Part shown: positions 24,585 to 35,776 of the stretch, one piece after another
How the letters are laid out: every line of letters begins with the position of its first letter
Position numbering within the stretch: the stretch's first letter is position 1
Origin: Camelus dromedarius
Lineage: Eukaryota
Length of the DNA stretch: 64,000 bases
Assembly (NCBI RefSeq): GCF_036321535.1
Contig: NC_087438.1
Location: 6,264,001-6,328,000, forward strand
Direction of reading: 5' to 3'
The notes under the pieces: model-generated
Told to the model about the DNA's origin: nothing
Seen by the model: only the letters and a program-made list of their open reading frames with translations
The model's database searches: none
Made by a program: the position numbers and the translations under genes

Positions 24585-27194
24585 CATCAACATTTGGAAC
24601 TTTAGGAGCAGTGTTTCACAGAAAAAAACTAACAGCTCTCAGTGAGGGTCCTTAAGGATCTGAATGGACCATCTCTTACTGAGACTTCAACAAAGGTTTG
24701 GGGATTTGTTCAAAGACAAGGACGTATGAGCTTCACAGGTGAAATGTGGGATATCTTTTCGTGAAATTTCAATTTAAAAATGATGGAGCAAGAGAAGAGT
24801 CTCAAGTCTTTTACATCCCATTCACACTTGAACTTGAAATCAGCTCTTTCCTTTGGCTGCTGCAGTGCTCAGGAAGTTCAAGTTCTTACACTTTCCATAA
24901 ACCTGTCCTTTACTGGGTAAATAACATTTCATTAGCATGCAGTCATTTTTAATAAACGTGAGCTCAGAGAAGCAGCTGGAGCCCAGGAATTACAATGAAA
25001 GAAATGAGGGTAGGAAAGAGAACTCACAGTGAAGGCGGCAAAAGGTGAGACCTTCTGGCAGGACCGCACACGCATCACCATGTTTGATACTTGGAGCAGC
25101 TCTGGGAGAGAGGCGCCTGCCCCCCTTCTCAGAGGAGGGGGCCCTGATACAGAAATGTCACCCAGCTTGTCACCCAGCCAGAAAAAGGAAAGCAGATACT
25201 CCACTTTGTGACTCCAAAAATCAATACATTACCTATACCAACAGCCACTATCTGGTTAAAAGACCCCCCTCAAAAACAAAACATACTTTGTGGCCAAAGA
25301 TTTCTAACCTGCAGCTAAAATATGATCAACACATTACATTACCTACATAGCTAATATTTTTAAATAACCATCTTAGGAATTTAATTGCTAGGATACATTT
25401 TCTAAGCAATCCAAATAAACTAAGTCTTCATTCTGATTATATTCTTCACTTGGCATGGGCTGGCAGTCCTGCTTTAGAAGAGACAGAAACTGGAATACAT
25501 TTTTTTAAAACGTGGGAAAAAATAAATGCTGTGCTTCTATCATAAAAGAAGAGATTTCTCCGTTGTACTTCAATAACCCCTTCCTGGAATTACATGGCCA
25601 GTAAATTAACTATAGTGGGGAAAGAAGAAAAAAAAAAAAAAAACTCAACTAAAATACCTAAAAACTTATATTAGGCTCACTGGAGACATGCATAATATTC
25701 TTCTGGATTTGAAAACTGATATTATATTTGTTTCAGAAACCATAATTCGGTAAATTTAGACACAAATAAACAAAGAAATATATTAACATTTTAGAGAGAG
25801 ACATTCCATTTTTACATTTATAATCAGATGTATCTCTCTCACACACACACAACAGTGACTACATAAAAAATACGCTATACTTTCCTTAATATATTTTCTT
25901 TCATTAAATCAGTTTTAAGTGTAATTACTGAAGTCAGTTTGCAATAAAAAAAAAAAGAATGACTTAGAATGTTTTCTGAGTTCCTCGTATTGCAAAGTTT
26001 TAGAAACTTAAGTGCAAGATCGACTCAGGTCATCCATCCCTGTGGTTTCCCAGCAGATGAGACAAACCTGGACATGGGAGTAGAGACCCCAGTCTTAGAT
26101 GCCGAGCTGCCAGGAACAGGAATGATGTATTTCAGCAAAAAATAAATCTACCGCATTTGAATTGTTTTCCTAGAACATGTGAAGGTTGACAGATTTACCT
26201 TTCACATTTTCATAAATAAATTTAAATCTCAGCACTGACATACCAATCAATATATCATCCCAAACTGGACACTGAGATTTTCCGTGGTTCAAATTTAATT
26301 CAGGCTGACCTGGAAAGAAGTGCTTCTATAACCAGTAATAGATTCTTTTAAAGCTACTGCAATATCTTCGCCAGTGCAAAGGGGAAGGAATCTAATTGCA
26401 AATCCCAATAAAGGAAATCTCCTTGGGTTGGGCGTAATATCTGACAAAGCACCTCATAACCCTCTTCCTCTCTCCAAATTTCCCAAGGCTATCTGGAGTG
26501 TGTGGCTTTTGCATTTCGCAAAAACAAGCTTTGCAGCAGCACAAAAACATCACTCAGCCTCACGAACCAAGGTTATGAAATTGCTGCGAGGACCAACGGG
26601 AAGATCAGACAGGAAGGGTGCCGAGCCAGACCTTCTCATGCTGCACCTCTCCACCAAAACATCCCCATGTCTCGGCATTCACTCTGCAGTGCCAGCACCA
26701 GGGGCAGGCGAATGAAGTGAGAGCCCAGCAGCCTTCAGTGCTCAATCAGTCTGACAGATGGCACAGGAAGAGCAACAACAGGCCTGTGCACAGTGGAATT
26801 TTATTTGAGAATCTAAAGTGTTAAAAGAAATACGACCTGCTCGGGCAGAAGGAAAACAAAACCATAAGTTGTCTTTTATTCTCTCTGAACTGGCACCAAG
26901 TGTGCTCTGCCAATGACCCCATAAAGTTTCCCAGTCCTCGGTATCTCAGGTTTGTCTGAGTTTTATACCTTAGTGTGGGCTCAGTGACAACCTTATCCCA
27001 TTTTCCCAAACCAAATATAGCGCCCAGAGTTAAGAAGGCTGCAGTTTTTGCCCCAGCTCAGAAATGAGAACTGGAAAACTCCTGGGGGGGTTTATCCCAT
27101 ATGCGAATATTGATTTCAAGCCGCCTTTAGGACACTCTGAATTTCCAGGGTCTCCTCCAGACATTCTCATTAACCAGAGAGACCTGTGTGATTC

Positions 27195-27402
27195 ACAGCA
27201 TCTAGTGCATGCAGAGCATCTGGTGCCTGGATGTGTCATGTTTACAGAGCATTTCACATTTGCAGAACACCCAGCGTCTGTCCAGAATCTAGTGTTTGCA
27301 GAGCACCCAGCGTGTAGAGCATCCAGTATTTGTAAAATACCTAATATTTGCGGTGTATCAAGTGCATGCAGAGGACCCACTGTGTGCAGAGCACTCAGTG
27401 TG
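27195..27402. repeat. Degenerate ~18-bp minisatellite (consensus about GCAGAGCATCYAGTGTTT), roughly 10-11 units
   Basis: Recurrent units gcagagcatctggtg, acagagcatttcacattt, gcagaacacccagcgtct, gtccagaatctagtgttt, gcagagcacccagcgt, gtagagcatccagtattt, gcagaggacccactgtgt, gcagagcactcagtgtgg. Shows up as repeated (F/H)AEHP/AEHL peptides in the + strand ORF. Confidence 0.8.
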
Positions 27403-27440
27403 GGATGACACTGGACTCCCAGCTCTAGGTCCCTACTCAC

Positions 27441-27588
27441 CACATTGCAGCCCGCACAGTCAGGCCCGTTCTCGCAGGTTCTGCGGCGAGCTTGAATGCC
27501 GCCCCCACACTGGGCTGTGCACCGTTCCCAGGGACCCCAGCCTGTCCAGAACATGTGTGGGGGGCACAGCAGATGCTCATTGCAGTAT
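27441..27588 (-). CDS. SEMA5A: Semaphorin-5A internal coding exon (third TSP1 repeat; probably exon 16)
   Basis: Translates (R)YCNEHLLCPPHMFWTGWGPWERCTAQCGGGIQARRRTCENGPDCAGCNV. Acceptor tccccattacAG|A, donor GTG|GTGAGT. 148 bp, phase 2 to 0. Confidence 0.97.
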
Positions 27589-29369
27589 CTGTAATGGGGA
27601 AACCAAGAGGAAGAAGCATGGTGAGGCCACAGACCCTGCCACTCTCCGTCCCTGCACCAGATGTTGAACACATGGGCATGCTCCGCGTGGAGGGGTGCTT
27701 TGTATTCCGAGTGGTTGCAGGGAAAGAGGCAGATGTGGTGCTGGCCATGCCGCGTGTGCACAGACAATGGGATGCGCGGGAGACAGTGAAGAAAATGCGG
27801 AACTCACAATGCAGGATGGATCTTCCTGTGCAGCCAATTAAAGGAGAAACAAACAAAACAAAACCCTTCAAATAGACACCCAAAAAATGAGAACACAGAG
27901 AAAAATATCTAGGCAGGGCATTTATCTTCGCAACACAAACACTGAAAGATAAAGTAGTTATGAACACAAAGTCAGCAAATTGTATTTGGAATTCATTTCT
28001 CATCCTCAAATCAAATAAAGCCCACAATCCTATTAATATAAATTAAAGAAAAGTGAAAGTGTAATTTTAGCACAAAGCATCATGTCATCTACTGCCTAGG
28101 TTGTTGTATTTTTAAATTTATCTGTAGACTCTTAGAATGATGTCCAACAACTTTAATCTAAATGACCACCAGTTACTCACTTATTCAAAAAGAGTTGAAT
28201 TACTATTTACATCTACTACATTTTTTTTCAGTGATTGACTATATCTCTACAAGTGCATTCATATTGCCAATTTTTAGCCAAATCTACAAGATCTTCCTTA
28301 GCTTTAAATAGATCAAATTTCTCCTCAGTCTTTAACACGACAAGTGAAATAAAGTAAAGTAAGGGAAACAAACAAACCAAAAAAGAAAAACAAAAAATCA
28401 GAAAGAAGCAGCCTGGCCTTGAACAAGTTACAGCTCATAGGGAAGATGTTATTCTGAATGTAGCCAAACTCAGAGAGACACATTTGACAACTTGCAGGAC
28501 TATTTAACTTCGACAGTGCCCCTCCCAAGCACACATTTAGCTTCCAGAGAACACAAGGATGTAAGGCTTTTTCTGTCTCCTTCCTCCACCCCAGGCCATC
28601 TGCCTTCAGAAACAAGAGACAGAGGTTCCTATCCGCTAGCTGTGTCAGTCACCTTCAATGTCGTCATTATTAATAAGCACTTATCCTGCAGGGCCCTATT
28701 TATGCAAAGGGCATCACAAAGAGTGCCTCCCTCTCACAGGTGAGTACAACCTGAGGTAAATACAAGGAGATGGACACAGGCCCAGGACGTGCAGGACAGA
28801 AGACGCTATCTTAGGGGTAAGCGGCAGCTGGCTTCCAGGAAGTGGGAAGCGTAATTTGGGGAGTGTAGGTTCCTGACAGCACAGGCTGAGTCAACTGTTT
28901 CCCAACAAGCCAGGGACATTTAACGCAGAATATGTTGGCTTCAGGAACAGGTAGAGCAACGAAAAGCAAAAAGCCAGTCCGAGCCGAAGGGAGTCAGCTG
29001 GCATTCTGGGAAAGGATGGAAGGTGGGAATGGGAAGAGTGACGGAGAAAGACGGCTGAGAAGTGAGCAGGAAAAGGCGGCGAGGGGAATGACCTGTCCTC
29101 ATACAAATGGGGTGCAAGAACTTGAGCTTCATTCACACGGAACTGAGGAAATGCCTGAAAGCTCCAGAGACAAGACAGCACCATCAGAGCCAGAGAGCGG
29201 AGGCTGGGCTTCAGGAGCTGGTGTCTCGCCCGAGCTGGTGCCGGAGCACATGCTGAGTGTGGGTTCTGAGCCCCCAGAGGCAGGTGCGGGCACCGGCAGG
29301 AGGAGCTGACGGAGCAAATGCCAGCCAGGAGGGTGTGCACACAACAACCCAAGGGAGAGACATCACACG

Positions 29370-29942
29370 TTAGACAAACAGGAGTGTAAGCAGCTCTTTG
29401 CAGGAAACCTCTTTCTCCTGTCACCTTAGCAAAGCTATGCTGAAACTAACTTTTAAACCAGGCGCCCCCATGCCCCACTCAGCTCCGGCCTAAGCACACC
29501 TTTCAAATCTTTTGATCACACAATATCTTGCCTAACCTGTTGGTTCTTCCCGTAGATCAAAGAAGCAGCAACGGAGAATAAGTAATTAACAGGTGACCAG
29601 GTCTCTTCCCTGGCCTCCCCTTCAGTAACCTTGTGAACAAACTGTGTGACCAAGTTGGCATCTAGAGGAAGGTCAGGAGACGTCGACGAGCCTGTGTGTG
29701 GTGGGGGTGACGAGGACGCGGACCTCCTACCTCAAGGGTTAACTGACATTATTTCCCCTTTTCCCTTTGAAAACTTTCATGGCCAAGCAGAATCCTTGGA
29801 GTTGGTTTTTGGGGATACTGAGTCCACCTTCTCTCCAGATTGCTGGCTTTCTGATAAAAAGCAATGTTTTCCATTTCTACTAACACTTGCCTCGCGGGTA
29901 CTGGTTTTTGAGCAGCGAGCAGCTGGATCTGAGTTTGTTACA
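29370..29942 (+). mobile_element. ERV1-type solo LTR
   Basis: Ends with a typical ERV1 LTR R/U5: ...ctttctgataaaaagcaatg...cacttgcctcgcgggtactggtttttgagcagcgagcagctggatctgagtttgttaCA. 5' boundary and TSD not resolved. Confidence 0.65.
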
Positions 29943-30490
29943 GCATGGAGGTGGTCAGAGGAGACGAAGGGACACCCACGGGGTCTGTGTGCATGTACAG
30001 AAGAGCAACTAAATAAGGATCCCAGGTCAGCCTCTCCGATGACAGCGGGAGGCGTGCTGACTTCTAGGCAGGGAGAGTGGGTGTTTCACAGCAGAAGCCT
30101 CCAGAGAGCCAAGAACCGATCAGGAAAAGGGTTTCGTCTCTACATCTTCACAGGAAAGAGCAGCCAGTGAAACTGAACAGTTACCACCCTTCTTCGTATG
30201 TTCCACTTTTAAGACAGATAGTCTTCCAGGGCCCGGACTCTTGGAGCTCAGGACGCTGGACATGATTACACGTGGGGGGAAATGGAAGGAGGCTTCTAAT
30301 CAAGAGAGTGTAACCTCTAGACAGAAGGGCCAGACGGCATTGAGGACATGACAGAGTAAAAGCATTCGGCTTTAGGAAGCCTGTGCACCTGCAGAGGGCT
30401 GTAATCAAGCCAGAGGTCCTGACTCTCGTGGTTATTAGCGTACGTGTCAGTGCGCGGGGTGTGCTACTGGGACGCGGCCGGGCGTTTGTT

Positions 30491-30720
30491 CTTTCATTCT
30501 TATTTTTTATGGAAGTGTGGTCGATTTACAGTATCAGTTTCAGGTGTTCAGCAAAACGGTTCATTTATACTTACACATATATGTATATATATATTTTTTC
30601 AGCTTCTTTTCAATTACGTCTCATTGCAAGAAACTGAATACAGTTCCCTGTGCTGTACAATAGGCCCTTGTTGTTCACCTATTTCACATACAGTAAAGCG
30701 TATCTGTTAATCCCAAACTG
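30491..30720 (-). mobile_element. Young artiodactyl-type L1 3' end with TSD
   Basis: ttttttatggaagtgtggtcgatttacag...gaatacagttccctgtgctgtacaataggcccttgttg...ctgttaatcccaaact. cgtttgtt repeated at 30483-30490 and 30722-30729. Confidence 0.85.
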
Positions 30721-31268
30721 CCGTTTGTTTTGAGAACGCGTTTGGAAGAGGTTAAGTCAAGAAAACTCGGAACTTCAGAACTCTCAGCATTTAATTCAAA
30801 ATGTCCACGTGGAGCTTCTCTCACTGTGGACTGAAGGCCCCCTCGTGCTTCCAAGGTGATTTTGCCGACATTTAAAGGGTCTGGACTTCCTGGACTCCTT
30901 GACACTAATTTCAGCTTTCAAAAACAAAACCCAGCCAACCATAAGAGCAGGGAGGGCAAAGGAAAATCTTCCTAAAAGTGCTTATAAAACCTTTGACTTT
31001 TAATAAACAGCACAGCATCTGAGTTACCACTTCCCTGCAGCACAGTGAATCATAGCGCCCGAGGACCAGCTCAGCGTGGCCTGCGCAGCCCCCCGAACCC
31101 GCTCGGCATGTACCCGCTTAACGTCTCCTGCAGGGGAACCGGAAACTGCGCACAGCATACACTTTCTCTCCTTTCTTTTTTTTTTCAGTGTGTAAATCAC
31201 TTTTTTTCATTATCTGCTGTTTCATTTGAATATTTACATTTTTATGTTATTTCATTTCATTTCCCCCC

Positions 31269-31970
31269 TTTTTTATTGAAGTATAGTTGACTTACAATGT
31301 TTCATTAGTTTCAGATATACAGCAAAGTGATTCCGTTTATATATATATATGCCTTATATATATATATACACACACACTTCTTTTTCAGATTTCTTTCCAT
31401 TTTAGGTTATTACAAGATATCGAATATAGTTCCCTGTGCTCTACAGTACGTCTTTGTTGTTTATCTATTTTATATATACATATAGTAGTGTGTATCTGTT
31501 AAAATCCAAATTTATCCCTCCCCTTCCCCCTCTGGTAACTGCCATAAGATTGATTTCTATGTCTGTGAGTCTATTTATGTTTTGTAAATAAGTTCATTTG
31601 TATCATTTTTTTTTTAGATTCCAAATATACATGATATCATATGATATTTGTGTCTGAGTTACTTCACTTAGAATGACCATCTCCAGGTCCATCCATGCTG
31701 CTGCGAATGGTATTATTCCATTCTCTTTAATGGCTGAGTAAACTAAACATTTTGAAATTTTACTGGCTTTCCTGCATTCTTAAAGCTCTGAAAGTCACGG
31801 ATGCGTTAAAAATTCCATTGTAGATACACCACAGCTTCTTTATCCAGTCCTCTGTCAGCGGACATTTAGGTGGCTTCCATGTCTTGGCTATTGTAAATAG
31901 TGCTGCTATGAACACTGGGGAGAATTACCTTTTCAAATTTCGTCTTCCGGATATATGCCCAAGAGTGGGA
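31269..31970 (-). mobile_element. Young artiodactyl-type L1 3' end carrying a non-L1 insertion at 31741-31811
   Basis: Colinear with the L1 at 10404-11172 except for the 71-bp insert between tggctgagta and attccattg. Confidence 0.88.
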
Positions 31971-33192
31971 CAAATTTCAACCAGTCTTAATAAATTATGT
32001 ACTTGGCTGTGTTTTTAAGCATGTCAACAACGGGCCTTCCTGCTTCCCTGTCGCCTTCTACAGCAGTCCTGTGAAATCACACGCCAGAATATATGACCAG
32101 GTGACCCTCTGCAAGGGGGGTCAGAGGGAAATAGAAATTGCCAGGTTAGTCTGGCCCTTTATGTCTGGGTTTCACTCGCAACTCACCCTGGGAGAGTGTG
32201 CTCGGGGGCTAAGCCCTCACTGGCTCCTAACTCCGGACTCTCTGCAATTTCAAGGCAGTACTGTCTGTCTGAGCCCCTTATTCCCTCCCCGACTAGCACA
32301 AGCTTCCGAGAGAAGTACCACTTGTTAAACTCGCAATTGGGCCGCGGTGTCTTTTTTGGTCACAAACAATGGGAGTTGTAAGTTAGTAACCTTGGCAACT
32401 CTGCTTGTGGAAGGATTTTTATTAATTTATGGATAAAATAGCCACACAATAGACCAGCCACTGGTTCCTCATTCTCTAGTCCTTTTCACACACCTGATTT
32501 TTCCCAAATTATAAACTAAACATTTTTGAAATTTTATTGGCTCTCCTGCATCACTAGTATCTTAAAGCCCTGGAAGTCACAGATGCACTTCATGATGCAT
32601 TAAAAATTAAGATTTTAATTTTGCCCATGACTGCTCATTCTCATTTTGCATTTAAAAGTGAATTAATAACCCAAGAACTATTTCTCCATAAATTATCCAT
32701 TTTTCCACAAACCTAGTCTCCTTGAAGAGAACTGTCGTACACGGCTCTTCATAGACTAGATCCTCAATACCGTTACCATGCTCCTTGCCCTAGTTCCTGA
32801 TGCTACGAATTGTGTTCGGTTCTGGTTCAGTCCATGCTGGTGTCTCACTGCAACCTCTGTCAGCCTGAACCAACCAGAGCCCTGCTAGAACTAGTTTCTT
32901 CTTGGTTTGCTCTAAGTGATTGTTCCTTTGCTGGGCCATACTGGAATAATGGAAACTTTTGTGGCACAGGAGAAACTGTGCATGTGTTGAGTCTTCCCTA
33001 AGATTATTTTTTATCCCAAGAAAAAGCTAAAGAAACCATTAAGGAAGAGTAATGATAATGAGCTGCAAAGGGCATCACTTTGGCTCATCACAGGATTAAG
33101 CAAACTAGCACATGAAGACAAAGAAAAATCATATAGCAAACCCCTATAGGTTCCTGGGTCTCTTAACTTTGATAGAACGTGGGAAAGACGTT

Positions 33193-33712
33193 TGTGTGGT
33201 CTCTGTGATCCTCACTTCATGGAGTTCATACCTTGTGTAATCCCCTCCCACCTCGGTGTGGGTGGGACCTGAGACTTGCTTCTAACCAATAGGATATGGT
33301 AAAGATGACAGGCTGTCACTTCCATGATTATGTTACATAACATTGTAATGTCCTTCTTTCAAGAAAGTCCCTCCCTTTCTGGCTCTGAGGAAGTGATCAG
33401 TTCAATGGGAAAGATCCAGATAGCAAAGAATTGAGGGCAGCTTCCCGTTAACAACTTCAGTCCAACAGCACAGAAGGAACTGAATGTGGCTGACAACCAC
33501 AGGATTTAGGAAGCTGACCCCTCTCCAATCGAGCCTCAGATGAGACCATGACCATGGTCTGCACCTTGGTGCAGCCTTGGGAGATCCTGAAGCAAAGGAC
33601 CCGGGTAACCTGTGTCCAGACTATGCACTCACAGAAGCTACGAGCCAATAAACATGTGGTGCTTTAGGCACCTGAGTTCGGGGTAATATTATTACGAATG
33701 ACAACTAAAACA
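33193..33712 (+). mobile_element. MaLR 5' LTR (MLT1E/F-like)
   Basis: gatcctcacttcatggagttcataccttgtgtaatcccctccc...gcctcagatgagacc...aataaacatgtggtgctttagg...caactaaaaCA, followed immediately by the MaLR internal start gatctcggtacc. Confidence 0.8.
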
Positions 33713-35775
33713 GATCTCGGTACCTAGACGTGTGGTACTACTGTAAGAAATAGCTAAGAATCTGAAAGAGACCTTGGGACTAGAGAATGAGTAGAAATCA
33801 GCAGAATTTTGAGGAGCATGGTAGAGAAAACCTAAATCACCTTGAACAGACTGTTAGTATAAATGCAGACTTTGAGGATGCTGCCACCAAGGGTTTAGAA
33901 GGAGATAGAATTAAAGAACTTAAACTCAACAAGAAAGCCAACCCTATTAGAAAATGGGCAAAGGCTTAGGCATTTTCAAAAAAGATATACAGATGGCCAA
34001 TAAGCATATAAGAAGATGCTCAACATTTTTCCTCCTTAGAGAAATGTAAATCAAAACCACAGCGAGACAGAACTTTATATATACTAGGATGGTTCTAATT
34101 AAAAAGAAAAAGAAAAATAACAAGTGTTGGAAAGGACGCAGGGAAACCAGAACCCTTGTACATTGCTGGTAGGGTTGTAAATGGTGAAGCCACTGTAGAA
34201 AAACAGTTTGATGGTGGCTCTAGATGCCAACCGTAGAATTAATATATGACTTAGCAATTCTCTACATATATACAAAAGAATTGAAACAAGGACTTGAAGA
34301 GATACTTGCATGCCAATGTTCACTGCAGCACCATTCATAGTAGCCAAAAGGTGGAAATAACCTAAATGTCAACTGACAGGTACATGGATAAACACAGCAT
34401 GATACAGCCATGCAGAATATTATTCAGCCTTAAAAAGGAATGAAGTTCTGACACACGCTACAGCATGAATGAACAATATGCTCCACAATATGGCAAACAT
34501 TGTATGATTCTACTTATATGAAATCTCTTGAATAGTACAATTTATATATTAGAGGTTGCCAGGGGCTGGAAGGAAGAAATAAAAAGGGTTATTGCTTAAT
34601 GCTTACAGAGTTTCTGTTTGGGGTGATGCAAATGTTTTGGAAATAGTGTTATGGCTGCACAATATGGCAAATGCAATTAATATCACTGAATTAAACACCG
34701 AAAAGTGGTTAAATGGCAAATCTTATGTTATCTATATGTCTAACAGAATACAAAATTAAAAGGAAATAGGAGCATATTATTAGAAACTGGAAGAGGGGAG
34801 AACCTTATTACATACTGAGGAAAGCTTCCAAAATTGTCACTGCAATTATATAGAAAGCAAAACATGTAAGTGTGAAGTGAGTTACACAGCAAAAGAAGTT
34901 TCCAAGCAAACTGTTAGATGTGCTGCCTACAGTAAAATGTGGAAGGAAAAAATCTGAAGGAAGATATATCAATCAGAAGGAAATAGGCCTGGATGGTTTT
35001 GGAAATTCTTGGCCTCTCCCGATGGCAAAAGATGCTGAAATAAAGAAACAGCTTCTGAGTACTGTGGGCAAGGCCGACATAGAGTAAAACGCTGAGGATG
35101 TGGCTGTACAACCTTTTGTTAAAACCCCAGAAAGATCAAAAGATCAGACTAGCATTCAGTCCCACAAGGACTCCTTTCAAAAGGTCAAGAGTAAGAGTCA
35201 TAAACCCTCTCAATCACAAGCAAGCTGGAGGGTGTTTTTCCTCAGCCATCTCAGCAGGATCCCCAGGTAGAGAAGGGCTTTCTCAAAAAGGTCTGTGGGT
35301 ACAGATTTGTTCAGTGGAGTAAACCCCAAGAAAATTCAGGGAAGACTAATAGAGTTTATTTCAGCAAAAATACCACAAGCTTACGCTGAAATCTATGGAG
35401 AAATTACAAATGAAATGAGGCTGTTGGAAATCCCAAATTCTACTGGCAGGAAGCAGGCTGATAAAACTGCCCAGCTGCAAGCACCTGCCACCTTTCATGA
35501 AAAAGGAAGGATGATTCAGGAAGCAGAAGTGAGAGCCCAGAAGGCAGAGCTAAGAACTGTGGAGAGCTCTGCCCAAGCCTTGAAAGTTAACCAGGCAACT
35601 CAAACACCTGTCTGAAGAGATTTCAGACTTTCTATACAACAGTGATTCCTCTGTACTTTTCAATTTCCCCCTTTTTGAACAGAACATCTATCGCTGCTGC
35701 CCTTTCCCCATCCCATATGTGTAAGCTGGGTGTGTTCGTGGCAGGTAACATGTCTCTCATTTTAAAGATGGACCA
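33713..35775 (+). mobile_element. MaLR internal region (MLT1-int), interrupted by an L1 at ~33909-34760
   Basis: Starts gatctcggtacctagacgtgtggtactactgtaagaaatagctaagaat, like MLT-int gattttggtacc. Resumes after the L1 with tattagaaactggaagagggg...gaagtttccaagcaaactgtt. Confidence 0.7.
33909..34760 (+). mobile_element. L1MA/L1MB-like 5'-truncated LINE-1 nested in MLT1-int
   Basis: ORF2 end and 3' UTR (aaagaacttaaactcaac...aaaatgggcaaagg...ttagaggttgccaggggctgg...). Probable TSD aaggaRatag at 33899-33908 and 34760-34769. Confidence 0.85.
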
Positions 35776-35776
35776 A

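Noticed and set aside
1..27029. Search for the next SEMA5A exon (EYQSCNTNPCP...)
   Set aside because: Not found; the intron apparently extends past the left edge of the window.
27195..27402. Possible CRISPR-like array
   Set aside because: Mammalian intron, degenerate contiguous units without unique spacers, and no cas genes; it is a minisatellite.
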